Shown: positions 11,079 to 20,461 of the stretch, piece after piece
Layout: every line of letters starts with the position of its first letter
How positions within the stretch are numbered: the stretch's first letter is position 1
The notes under the pieces: model-generated
Seen by the model: the letters and a program-made list of their open reading frames with translations, nothing else
What the model was told of the DNA's origin: nothing
Databases searched by the model: none
Position numbers and translations under genes: made by a program
Assembly: GCA_022821275.1 (NCBI GenBank)
Contig: JAJEDY010000033.1
Location: forward strand, 82,780-146,779
Source of the DNA: Candidatus Latescibacterota bacterium
GTDB taxonomy: Bacteria; Latescibacterota; UBA2968
DNA length: 64,000 nucleotides
Reading direction: 5' to 3'

Positions 11079-12869
11079 TTATCCCACCATCGCAAGCGTC
11101 TGACCATTGGATACCTGATCGCCGACGTTGACGGGTATTTCGACGACTGTGCCCGCATTTGGAGAGGTGATCTGGACTTCCATTTTCATGGCTTCCAGAA
11201 TGAGGATCGCTTCGCCTGCCTGGACTTGATCTCCTGTGTGTTTCAAAATCCGAATGACTTTTCCGGGCATTTGCGCGCTTACGGGTTCGGTATTGGCGGG
11301 TGTTGATTCCTGTACGGATACCGTGTCTTCTATATCCACTGTATAAGCCGTGCCATCTACGGTGGCGATGTTGCCGTCAATTTGTACGCGCACGGATTTG
11401 CCATTGATCTGTAGCTTATATTCGGCTGCGCCGTCGGCAACTGGTACGGGTGCTTCATCCTGCTTTTCGATTTTCCGCACGCCAATTTCGGCATCGCCTT
11501 TCAAGAAGTCCATTCCCTTATCGCCGCACGTTGCGACGATGAAGATGTGTTCATCCGTTGCCTCAATTCCCTCGGCGTCCAACAGTTTCTTCGCGGCGCC
11601 TCTTCCCTTTTCGGGATCGGCATCATTGCGTTCGAGAGGTGGCTGGTCTGTGGGGTCAAGTCCCAACTGATTTGACGCGATTTTTACAACTTCGGGGTCG
11701 GGTGGGACGGGGGTTTTGCCAAAATAGCCGAGTACCATCTGCCCATAAGGTTCGGCGATTCTTTCCCAGGGACCGAACATCACATTGTTAAATGCCTGTT
11801 GAAAATAGAATTGCGATACGGGTGTGACAGATGTGCCAAAACCACCTCGCGCGACGACGTCGCCCATGGCTTTGATCATGTCGGGATATTTGTCCATGAT
11901 GCCATTGTCGCGCAACATCTGCGTGTTGGCCGTGAGCGCGCCGCCAGGCATCGGGCTCCAGGGGATCATGGGTTCGACTGCTGTGGCTTCTGGCGGCAAA
12001 AAGTAATCCGCCATGCATTCTTTAAACACTTCCTCGGCGTCGCGGACTTTCTCTATGTCGATATCCAGGTCGTAATTTGTGCCGCGAAGTGCGTGCCACA
12101 TCACCAGGATATCGGGTTGGCATGTGCCCCCTGAACACGGTGCCAGCGACAAGTCAATGGCATCGGCTCCCGCTTCCAGCGCGGCCAGATTGGCCTGTAC
12201 GCTGATCCCGGCCGTTTCATGGGTGTGAAAGTGGATAAATGTGCCGTCGGGCAGCAGTTGGCGCGCTCGTTTAATGGTTTCATACACTTTTGCCGGTACT
12301 GCGGTACCCGAAGCGTCCTTAAAGCACACGGAGTGATATGGAATATCGGCGTCTAAAATTTCGCGGAGTGTTTGTTCATAAAAATCTGCGTCGTGTGCGC
12401 CTGTGCAGCCGGGGGGCAATTCCATTAAGGTCACGCAGACTTGATGGTGCAATCCGGCTTCTGCGATGCATTGCCCGCTGTAGATCAAATTGTTGACGTC
12501 GTTGAGGGCGTCAAAATTGCGGATGGTCGTTATGCCGTGTTTTTTGAACAATTCGGCGTGTAGTTTGATGATGTCGCTCGACTGCGATTCCAATCCGACC
12601 ACATTCACCCCGCGCGCCAGGGTCTGCAAATTGGCCTCTGGTCCTGCGGCTTCCCGGAAGGCATCGGTCATTGCAAATGCATCTTCGTTGCAATAAAAGT
12701 ACAGGGACTGAAATCGCGCCCCGCCGCCGGCTTCATGGTAATCAATTCCGGCTTCGCGTGCGGCTTCTACTGCCGGTAAAAAGTCGGGCGTGAACACGCG
12801 CGCCCCATAAACCGACTGAAATCCGTCGCGAAATGCTGTATTCATAAATATTACTTTTTTCTTTGCCAT
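11079..12869 (-). CDS. oadA: Oxaloacetate decarboxylase alpha subunit / pyruvate carboxyltransferase with C-terminal biotinyl domain
   Basis: N-terminal carboxyltransferase TIM barrel (MNTAFRDGFQS) and a C-terminal biotin carrier with the EAMKME motif. Start trimmed to MAKKK (ATG at 12869), which has an aagga RBS. Confidence 0.8.
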   Translation of the reverse strand: MAKKKVIFMNTAFRDGFQSVYGARVFTPDFLPAVEAAREAGIDYHEAGGGARFQSLYFYCNEDAFAMTDAFREAAGPEANLQTLARGVNVVGLESQSSDIIKLHAELFKKHGITTIRNFDALNDVNNLIYSGQCIAEAGLHHQVCVTLMELPPGCTGAHDADFYEQTLREILDADIPYHSVCFKDASGTAVPAKVYETIKRARQLLPDGTFIHFHTHETAGISVQANLAALEAGADAIDLSLAPCSGGTCQPDILVMWHALRGTNYDLDIDIEKVRDAEEVFKECMADYFLPPEATAVEPMIPWSPMPGGALTANTQMLRDNGIMDKYPDMIKAMGDVVARGGFGTSVTPVSQFYFQQAFNNVMFGPWERIAEPYGQMVLGYFGKTPVPPDPEVVKIASNQLGLDPTDQPPLERNDADPEKGRGAAKKLLDAEGIEATDEHIFIVATCGDKGMDFLKGDAEIGVRKIEKQDEAPVPVADGAAEYKLQINGKSVRVQIDGNIATVDGTAYTVDIEDTVSVQESTPANTEPVSAQMPGKVIRILKHTGDQVQAGEAILILEAMKMEVQITSPNAGTVVEIPVNVGDQVSNGQTLAMVG

Positions 12870-12897
12870 AATTAAAATCCTTCGCCAAATGCCGAGC

Positions 12898-14025
12898 CTA
12901 CTGAACCAGTACCGACCACAAGATCCCCGCGGCAACAGCCGAACCGATCACGCCGGCTACATTGGGTGCCATGGCGTGCATTAACAAGAAATTGTGTGCG
13001 TCTTCTTGTTGTCCCACCATTTGCACGACGCGTGCAGAATCGGGTACTGCCGATACGCCTGCGGCACCTACGAGGGGATTGATTTTTTCTTTTGTCAACA
13101 CATTCATCAATTTTGCAAACAGGACGCCGCTGGCTGTAGCGACTGCAAAAGATAGCGCGCCCAGGCCAAAAATCAAAAGCGAATCAGGGGTCAAAAATGT
13201 CTGTGCCTCTGTGCTGGCGCCCACGGAAAAACCGAGTAAGATTGTCACAATATCGACCATTGCCGTGCGTGCGGATTCCGCCAATCGGTCTGTGACCATG
13301 CTCTCTTTTAGCAAGTTGCCAAAAAATAACATGCCCAGCAGGGTCAATGCGCCCGGTGCAATTAAGGTTGCGATCAAGAAGCCAGCGATTGGAAATATGA
13401 TGCGTTCGCGCTTGGAGGGTTTGCGCGGTTCGGGCATGCGAATCAGTCGCTCACTTCTTGTGGTCAACAGTTTCATGACAGGCGGCTGAATCACTGGCAC
13501 GAGTGCCATGTACGAATACGCGGCGATGGCGATGGCGCCCAAAAGATGGGGAGCCAATTTGGCCGATAAGAAAATCGCCGTCGGTCCGTCAGCCCCGCCA
13601 ATGATTCCGATGGCTCCGGATTCAGATGGTGAGAATCCCAGATATAGCGCACCGATTAAGGTCAGGAAGATGCCCATTTGCGCCGCTGCGCCCAGCAGTA
13701 CCAGTTTGGGATTGGAGAGCAGTGTCGAGAAATCGGTCATCGCGCCAATGCCCAAAAAGATCAGCGGCGGAAACAGGCCCGATGTCACGCCGAAGTAAAT
13801 ATAGCGCAAGACACTGCCTTCGTCGTAAACGCCGAGGGCCATGCTCGGTATAGCGGGGATGTTGCCCACGATCATGCCAAAGCCAATTGGCAGCAACAAC
13901 AGGGGTTCGTAATCTCTGGTGATCGCCAGGTGGATAAATACAATGCCGATTGCGATCATAACGACATTGCCCAAACTCAAGTTAGCAAATCCAGTTGTAT
14001 TCAAAAAATCGTAAAATATGTCCAT
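12898..14025 (-). CDS. oadB: Na+-translocating decarboxylase beta subunit
   Basis: 375 aa polytopic membrane protein typical of OadB/GcdB/MmdB, placed between the gamma and alpha subunit genes. Confidence 0.8.
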   Translation of the reverse strand: MDIFYDFLNTTGFANLSLGNVVMIAIGIVFIHLAITRDYEPLLLLPIGFGMIVGNIPAIPSMALGVYDEGSVLRYIYFGVTSGLFPPLIFLGIGAMTDFSTLLSNPKLVLLGAAAQMGIFLTLIGALYLGFSPSESGAIGIIGGADGPTAIFLSAKLAPHLLGAIAIAAYSYMALVPVIQPPVMKLLTTRSERLIRMPEPRKPSKRERIIFPIAGFLIATLIAPGALTLLGMLFFGNLLKESMVTDRLAESARTAMVDIVTILLGFSVGASTEAQTFLTPDSLLIFGLGALSFAVATASGVLFAKLMNVLTKEKINPLVGAAGVSAVPDSARVVQMVGQQEDAHNFLLMHAMAPNVAGVIGSAVAAGILWSVLVQ

Positions 14026-14057
14026 CCGTTACCTGAAAGTTTTTATGAACAATTACG

Positions 14058-14321
14058 TCAAGTTTTTCCCGTGCGCCTCAGGTGCATGACAAAACCGATG
14101 GCTGCCAGTGCAGAGCCGTCGTCTTCATCCTGTACAGGCACACCGTGATGTCCCGCAGATTCGGGAAATTTTTTTGCTACAACAGCCAATATTTTGGGCA
14201 ATATTACAATAAATGCACTGATCAATGTCAAAACGCTGAATACAATGATCATCCCGGTCAGCGCAATGCCCAGGCCCTGACCATCTTCAATATTTTGCAC
14301 GTTAAAGTTAAAATTGTACAT
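14058..14321 (-). CDS. oadG: Na+-translocating decarboxylase gamma subunit (OadG-like), single TM
   Basis: 87 aa with one N-terminal TM helix (IALTGMIIVFSVLTLISAFIVIL), as the first gene of the oadGBA-like operon. Confidence 0.6.
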   Translation of the reverse strand: MYNFNFNVQNIEDGQGLGIALTGMIIVFSVLTLISAFIVILPKILAVVAKKFPESAGHHGVPVQDEDDGSALAAIGFVMHLRRTGKT

Positions 14322-14481
14322 AGATTACCACATAGAAGCCCCAGTGAGTGGGGTCTTGTTTGCAATCGTAGAGGTTGTTCAATTCCACTACAACAGCACC
14401 GTAATAAGAGAGGATTGCAAGCCGTAAATAGTGCAAGAAATAGCGGGAATTGTCAAGGTAAAATAGGAAGGAATGGTGGAT

Positions 14482-14736
14482 TCAAAGAACGACCTTAATA
14501 CTGCGATGATGTCTGAGTGCCTCAAAGATATTGAGGCGGTGGGATTCGTCGAGGACGACCATATCGAGGTTTAAGCTGCGATACTTCCCATGCCTGCTCT
14601 GATTTGAAAAGGTCAGGGTATAATCGCTGTCGCCCACAATTTCGGCTATCGCCCGACGCATGTGTTCTTCTTCGCGCCCAATGATCTTAAAATTCCATGG
14701 ACACGGATACTCAATCTCTGATCGTCCTTCGAGCAT
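14482..14736 (-). CDS. YbeD/UPF0250 (DUF493) family small protein
   Basis: EYPCPWNFKIIGR matches the conserved YbeD core. 84 aa. Confidence 0.6.
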   Translation of the reverse strand: MLEGRSEIEYPCPWNFKIIGREEEHMRRAIAEIVGDSDYTLTFSNQSRHGKYRSLNLDMVVLDESHRLNIFEALRHHRSIKVVL

Positions 14737-14755
14737 AAAAAAATCCTTTCACAAC

Positions 14756-15298
14756 TTATCCACAATTTTCACATACCAGAGCAAAGCGCATCTGTCCGCT
14801 GTCAGGTATTTCGGTGTCAAAATCTGTTTTTACCCTGCCAGTTGTTCCGCAAAAATCGCATCGGCCAGTCTGATCGTATTCCGATTGGGCGGCGACTTTG
14901 AGCATGGTGCGTTCTTTGTGCGCGTAATTTTCATTTTCCACCTGTCGCATGAAGTTCAGCACTGTCTTATCGGTTTCATTTTTGCGGGCGCGTTCAAAAA
15001 TTTCATCCATTCTCGGGTCGTCGGGTACACCGCCATCTTCCAGCGTGTGCCAGGCGCGGGCGCGCACGTTTGAGTCTGGGTCTTCCATGAGTTTGAATAG
15101 CGCGGTCTGTATTTCGGGAACGGGATGCCGCACATGACACGGACATAAATTGGCAGCGGCTTCGTGTCGGTCTGCCGGGTCGTCGCTCTCTGCCAATGCC
15201 AGATAATGCGGAATATCTTCCCGTCGCAACCGAAGTTCGCCTATCTTTTTTGCTCTTTTCTGGTATTTATTCATTCCATAGCGTTTCTTTTTTGGCAT
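14756..15298 (-). CDS. HEAT/PBS-lyase-like repeat protein, function unknown
   Basis: Repeated xDxxxVRxxA helix pairs and a C-terminal CxxC...CxxC cluster. 180 aa. Confidence 0.45.
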   Translation of the reverse strand: MPKKKRYGMNKYQKRAKKIGELRLRREDIPHYLALAESDDPADRHEAAANLCPCHVRHPVPEIQTALFKLMEDPDSNVRARAWHTLEDGGVPDDPRMDEIFERARKNETDKTVLNFMRQVENENYAHKERTMLKVAAQSEYDQTGRCDFCGTTGRVKTDFDTEIPDSGQMRFALVCENCG

Positions 15299-15374
15299 GA
15301 TATGTCTCCTTCAAATAAGTGAGCAGATCCTTCTCATCATCTTCTATAAGACGATGTAACCCCCTTTTGAGTTT

Positions 15375-16406
15375 CTAAATCGGGTCAGCCAGTTCTATAT
15401 CATTTTTCCCGCGGTTTTTTACGCGGTAAAGGGCGGCGTCTGCTTTCTTGAGGGCGTCTTCCGTTGATTCGGGCACGCCGTGATAAACCCCAATGGATAT
15501 CGTGCCTTCCGTGCGTTCATCAACGGCCCGGTTCAAACGGCGGGCTATTGCATAAGCACGCGCTCTCGGCGTATTTTCAACTACTGCAGCAAATTCATCT
15601 CCCGCCAACCGCGACAACAAATCCGATCCGCGCAGCATGTCGCTCAATACCTGCGCCAAATCTGCAATAAATCGGTCGCCCGCATTGTGTCCCTTGCTGT
15701 CGTTGATGGCCTTGAGCGAATCGGAATCTATGTAGTAGAGTGCGAGGGGCTTCCCATTGCGATTTGCGCGTCGCACCATACGTGTAAATACCGCTTCAAA
15801 ACCGCGCCGATTGTAAAGGCCCGTCAAAAAATCTGTGCGCGATTCCAGTGTCATTCTTTGTACTCGTGCGGCGTTGATACGCGCAATTTCTCGAAAAAAG
15901 TTCAGGGAAATATCCGTTAGATATGATGCATCCTCTGCGGATTTTTCGGTCAACCAGATCACCTGCGGGATCGCGTGCTGTTTTGCCCGGGCGAGTACGC
16001 ATTGGGCCGTGGAAAAGATTATCTCGGACATTTGGGGTTGCAGGCCATAATCCTCGCTCGAGATTTTAATACCACCGCAAGATACGCGGTGTCCTATTTG
16101 CTCGGCAATCGCAGTGGGCAGAGATGGTGGGATTTCCTGAATACGCGTACCATCGGCATCAAAAAGCACGGCGATTTTGTTCTTTGCTATGCGAAAGCTA
16201 TCAGGGGCGGGAATAACAATGGAATTTAGCACTTTAAGCGCTTGTCTCATATTGTCCCCAGGCGCTTGATTGGGGGTGCCAATGCCCAAAATTAGCAATG
16301 CCCCAAATTGCCTGCGGTATAAAACATCCACGAGTGCGCGTTTCAAATCGGATGCGCCTGGCAATGCTCTGGTGTCCAGGCTATTTTGAAGTGCTGGAGA
16401 TGCCAT
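15375..16406 (-). CDS. GGDEF-domain protein with degenerate active site (AGDEF) and ~190 aa uncharacterised N-terminal sensor domain
   Basis: LTGLYNRRGFE ... RLAGDEFAAV. The first Gly of GGDEF is replaced by Ala. Start trimmed to MASPALQ (ATG at 16406) so it does not run into the dCMP deaminase gene. Confidence 0.7.
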   Translation of the reverse strand: MASPALQNSLDTRALPGASDLKRALVDVLYRRQFGALLILGIGTPNQAPGDNMRQALKVLNSIVIPAPDSFRIAKNKIAVLFDADGTRIQEIPPSLPTAIAEQIGHRVSCGGIKISSEDYGLQPQMSEIIFSTAQCVLARAKQHAIPQVIWLTEKSAEDASYLTDISLNFFREIARINAARVQRMTLESRTDFLTGLYNRRGFEAVFTRMVRRANRNGKPLALYYIDSDSLKAINDSKGHNAGDRFIADLAQVLSDMLRGSDLLSRLAGDEFAAVVENTPRARAYAIARRLNRAVDERTEGTISIGVYHGVPESTEDALKKADAALYRVKNRGKNDIELADPI

Positions 16407-16413
16407 GACCGCC

Positions 16414-16905
16414 TCAGACTCTGAAATCAAGGACAACGCGCTCTCTATATTCCTCCAGCGCGCGATAGCGAATGCCCGCACTGTTAAACATGCGGTAGGT
16501 GGCTTTTACGGAATCGGATTTTGGATATTTATTCGCCAGATATATCACTTCGCGAATGCCCGACTGAATAATCACTTTTGCACATTCATTGCACGGAAAT
16601 AAGGTGACGTAAAGCGTGCATTCATGCAGGTCTGCGCTGATTTTGTTCAATATTGCATTTAATTCCGCATGGCAAATATAGGGATATTTTGTATCGAGAA
16701 AGCCGCCTTCTCTGCCCCAGGGAAACTCATCGTCCGAACATCCAATGGGTAATCCGTTGTATCCAATGCCCACGATTTTATTTTTTTCGTTGATAATACA
16801 CGCGCCCACCTGTGTATTGGGGTCTTTGCTCCGTTGAGCTGATAGCAAAGCCACACCCATAAAATACTCATCCCACGATAAATAATCTACGCGTTTTTGC
16901 ATCAT
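16414..16905 (-). CDS. dCMP deaminase (ComEB/cytidine-deoxycytidylate deaminase zinc-binding family)
   Basis: HAELNAI and PCNECAK are the CDA zinc ligand motifs. 163 aa. Confidence 0.8.
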   Translation of the reverse strand: MMQKRVDYLSWDEYFMGVALLSAQRSKDPNTQVGACIINEKNKIVGIGYNGLPIGCSDDEFPWGREGGFLDTKYPYICHAELNAILNKISADLHECTLYVTLFPCNECAKVIIQSGIREVIYLANKYPKSDSVKATYRMFNSAGIRYRALEEYRERVVLDFRV

Positions 16906-17046
16906 ATCCTTCTTTGTTGGTGATCAGCTAAAAACCTCCTGGGATCGCGGCTTAACATCATACCTCGATGACAGTTGATGCTCGTCACTCCTGCGCAGGC
17001 AGGAGTCCAGTTATTTCTCTCTTCACACTTCATCCCTCACACTTCC

Positions 17047-18066
17047 CTACGCCAGCCGGTCCAGCATTTCTCGTTTGACTTGAAACAATTGCGCTTCGTC
17101 CGCAAAAAATCGGCGCAATTCTTCGACTACCAGCGCGCCGATGCGATAGGATTGTAGCCCGGCACAATGCGGCGTTAAGACCACGTTGGGCAAACGGCGC
17201 AGTGGGCTGTCCATAGCAGGCGGTTCGGGGTCGGTTACGTCTAAAAAGGCGGAGAATCGCCCTTTTTGCAATTCTGCGATTAGCGCGGCTTCGTCGATAT
17301 TTGCACCGCGCGATGTATTGATAAATACGCAGTCGTCGCGCATGAGTTTGAAATGCGTCTCATTCCAGAGGTGATACGTAGCGTCCAATTTTGGCGCGTG
17401 AACGGTTACCACTTCTGCCTCGCGCGCTATTGTCTCCAGGTCCGCGAGTTCGGCGCCAAATTCCTCTGCGCGTTCTGGCGAGACAAAGGGATCGTAAAGC
17501 AATATGCGCGTGTGATAGGGGCGCAACAATCGCATCACGCGCTGCCCGACCTGACTGGCGCTAATGATGCCGACTGTGCGGCGATATAGCGAGCGGGATT
17601 CGGTCTTGTCCGGTTTTTTCTCGCCTTCTCGCATGGCGCGCGAATGGGAAAATACCCGGCGCAATCCCATGGTCATGAATCCCATGGTCATTTCCGCGAC
17701 ATCATCGGCTATCGCGGGCGCGGCACTTGTCACCACAATATCTTTTTCCCAGGCTTCATCGCAGATTTTTCCCTTTACAGTACCCGCGCCATAAGCCCAG
17801 ATTTTTAGCGTTGGCACGCCTTCCAGAATGGCAGGTGTCAAATCTCCCGAATTCCAACTCGTCATCGCCCCGTCCATTCCGTTTAGAAATTCAGCCGCTT
17901 CACCATCTACGATATCGCGGTCTTCGTCGTTGATTGTCACATTTGCAAAACTTTCCAATTTCTCTAAATCTCGGTCGCTCAATATTCTTTCTCTGAGCGA
18001 TTTTCGAATGACAATACCCACGTTTGGTTTGCTCACATTGATACTCCTTTGGTTACTGATTCTCAT
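17047..18066 (-). CDS. D-isomer-specific 2-hydroxyacid dehydrogenase (PGDH-like), paralog 1
   Basis: NAD-binding Rossmann GxGxxG region with a catalytic R/E/H arrangement. 339 aa. Confidence 0.75.
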   Translation of the reverse strand: MRISNQRSINVSKPNVGIVIRKSLRERILSDRDLEKLESFANVTINDEDRDIVDGEAAEFLNGMDGAMTSWNSGDLTPAILEGVPTLKIWAYGAGTVKGKICDEAWEKDIVVTSAAPAIADDVAEMTMGFMTMGLRRVFSHSRAMREGEKKPDKTESRSLYRRTVGIISASQVGQRVMRLLRPYHTRILLYDPFVSPERAEEFGAELADLETIAREAEVVTVHAPKLDATYHLWNETHFKLMRDDCVFINTSRGANIDEAALIAELQKGRFSAFLDVTDPEPPAMDSPLRRLPNVVLTPHCAGLQSYRIGALVVEELRRFFADEAQLFQVKREMLDRLA

Positions 18067-19021
18067 ATTCCGGATTGACCAGATGCACGGGTGCTTTTCC
18101 CGTCAGGATTCGCCGCGCTTCCCAGGCGGCTTTTTTTTGTAATTCAATGAGCGATTCTTCAGAATAAAAAGCCGAATGCGGGCTGTGAATTACCCGATCT
18201 GTGTGGATTAAACGATCCCCCGCTTCGGGCGGTTCCTGGCATCGCACATCGAGAGCAGCACCCGAAAGGGTGTTATTTTTCAATGCCGCGAGTAGTGCTG
18301 CTTCATCGATAATATCGCCCCGCGATGTGTTGATCAAACACGCTGTTGGCTTCATTTTTGCGAGGCTGTCGGCGTTGATCAGGCCCCGCGTTTCATCGGT
18401 AGATGGACAGTGGAGCGATACAAAATCCGATGTGCGAAGCAGGGTGTCCAAATCCGCAGCTTCGGCACCACAGGCACGCGCTTGTTCTTGTGTTAAAGAC
18501 CGCGAGTGGGCCAATACCTGTAGCCCAAAAGCCCGTGCGCGGGGAACGACTTCGCGCGCAATCTGCCCAAAGCCGATCAAGCCGAGTACCTGTCCCGTTA
18601 AACGCCGCAAGGGCAAGCCGGCCTGAATATCCCAGGTGCCGTCTCGGATTAGCCGATCGAAGTGTGCGACTTTGTGCGAAAGCCCCAGTAGCAGGGCCAT
18701 GGTTTGTTCGGCTACGTCGATAAAACAATAGTCGGGTACATTGGCTACGGGGATCCCTCGTTCTGTTGCATACGCTACATCGATATTGTCCAACCCCACG
18801 CCGTACCGCACGATGACTTTCAACTCGGGCAATGCAGATGCGATGACCGCGCGCGTTGTTTGCGCCCAGCATGTCATAATGCCCTGACATCCCTGCGCCA
18901 GACGGACGAGTGTTTCTTCTTCGCCATTGGGTGCGGGAATGAGTTCGGCACCGATTTCACTCAGGACACTTTTTTCGACGTCCAGATTTGCCCAGGCATA
19001 ATCTGTCACCAGAATTTTCAT
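18053..19021 (-). CDS. D-isomer-specific 2-hydroxyacid dehydrogenase (PGDH-like), paralog 2
   Basis: GLIGFGQIAREV Rossmann motif. Start trimmed to MKILVTDY (ATG at 19021), which forms an ATGA overlap with the M20 gene stop. Confidence 0.75.
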   Translation of the reverse strand: MKILVTDYAWANLDVEKSVLSEIGAELIPAPNGEEETLVRLAQGCQGIMTCWAQTTRAVIASALPELKVIVRYGVGLDNIDVAYATERGIPVANVPDYCFIDVAEQTMALLLGLSHKVAHFDRLIRDGTWDIQAGLPLRRLTGQVLGLIGFGQIAREVVPRARAFGLQVLAHSRSLTQEQARACGAEAADLDTLLRTSDFVSLHCPSTDETRGLINADSLAKMKPTACLINTSRGDIIDEAALLAALKNNTLSGAALDVRCQEPPEAGDRLIHTDRVIHSPHSAFYSEESLIELQKKAAWEARRILTGKAPVHLVNPEYENQ

Positions 19022-20379
19022 GCCTTTTCTCCGGTTGAAGATCCGCAAAATCGCGTGACAATATCGTATAAAATGCGCGTTGCAAAGACGAGATTTTCGA
19101 CTGAGGTGCGTTCGTTATGACCGTGTATCAAATTCATTTCTTTTTCTTCCCGCACTTGCCGATGGGGCATAAATCCGTAAACCTGTACATGGGGCCAGCG
19201 CGGACAAATATGCTTGGCATCTGTGCCCCCACTCATCAGCGCGGGGACTACGGTGGCGTCTGGGTCTCGTTCTGCCATGACCTGGACGATGGTTTCGTAT
19301 AGGGGCGAATTTGTACTCGCCTCTAAGGGGGGGCTGTATTGATCTACGATGAGGTCAATCTCGTCTCCAATCGAGGATCGGATTTCGGCTACAAAGCTCT
19401 TATCTGTCTGACCAGGGGCGAGCCGACCGTCAATCCGCGCAGTTGCTTCGGCGGGTATGACATTGATTTTACTGCCTGCTTCGAGGATTGTTGGTGAGAC
19501 CGTGTTGTGCAATAGGGCACGCAGTGAGGCGATCATATCTGGCGCGAGGGGCAATTTTTGCAATGCGTTTTCGCTGTCTGTCTCATCGAGTACGCGGCGC
19601 AACTGTTGTGCGGTCTCATCGTCCTGTGTCGCTGCAATGCCTTCTAAAAACGCGCGCAGTGTTTTAGAGGGGTGCATTGGAAGTTTTGCCTGTCCCAAAG
19701 AAGCTATGGCGCGGCTAAGTTTGACGACGGCATTGTCGCGGTGCGGGCGGGAGCCGTGTCCTGGGCGTCCTTTTGCTTGCAGGCGAAAGCGAAAAATGCC
19801 TTTTTGTCCCGTTTGACACGTATAAAAGTGTTTTCCATTTACATAAAAATCGCCGCCTCCGCCTTCTGTCAACACGTATTTTGCATCGACTTGTTCGGGA
19901 TGGTGATCGATGAGCCAACCGATGCCGTGGTTTCCTTTGCCCGCTTCTTCATCTGCGGTTGCTGCGTAGATTACGTCGCGGTTTAGTGTCACACCCTGCC
20001 GTTTTAAGAGCAAGAAGACCATGAGTTCTGCCGCGACCATGTTTTTCATGTCCAGTGCGCCGCGTCCCCAGATATAGCCGTTGTGCAATTCCCCGCCAAA
20101 GGGATCGCGCGACCATTTATCGGGTTCTACGGCGACGACGTCTGTATGTCCCAATAGCATGAGCGCGGGCGCGGTTCCACCTTTTAAGCGCGCTGTGACA
20201 TTTCCGCGTCCGGGTTCTGATTCTGTGATCGTAGCGTCAATGCCTTCGCGCTTCAATACATCGGCAATATAATTTGCACACAGGATTTCATTGCCCGGGG
20301 GATTGGTCGTGTTGCACCGAATCAGGTGCTGTAAGAAATTCGTTACTTCTTTTTCAATGTGGTGCCAGTTTATGGTCAT
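19018..20379 (-). CDS. M20 family metallopeptidase (ArgE/DapE/CPG2-like)
   Basis: HTDVV metal ligand and a GRGALDMKN catalytic region. 453 aa. Confidence 0.75.
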   Translation of the reverse strand: MTINWHHIEKEVTNFLQHLIRCNTTNPPGNEILCANYIADVLKREGIDATITESEPGRGNVTARLKGGTAPALMLLGHTDVVAVEPDKWSRDPFGGELHNGYIWGRGALDMKNMVAAELMVFLLLKRQGVTLNRDVIYAATADEEAGKGNHGIGWLIDHHPEQVDAKYVLTEGGGGDFYVNGKHFYTCQTGQKGIFRFRLQAKGRPGHGSRPHRDNAVVKLSRAIASLGQAKLPMHPSKTLRAFLEGIAATQDDETAQQLRRVLDETDSENALQKLPLAPDMIASLRALLHNTVSPTILEAGSKINVIPAEATARIDGRLAPGQTDKSFVAEIRSSIGDEIDLIVDQYSPPLEASTNSPLYETIVQVMAERDPDATVVPALMSGGTDAKHICPRWPHVQVYGFMPHRQVREEKEMNLIHGHNERTSVENLVFATRILYDIVTRFCGSSTGEKA

Positions 20380-20461
20380 TGTTTGATCGCCGATTAAGCG
20401 GATTAAAGGATTACACGGATTATGTCACACTGCCAGGAAAACGGGGTACAATGAATCGTTC

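Noticed and set aside
14322-14481. Hairpin CCCCAGTGAGTGGGG upstream of oadG as a terminator for the YbeD-like gene
   Set aside because: Short 5-bp stem with a weak U-tract on the relevant strand. It cannot be distinguished from chance, so it is not annotated.
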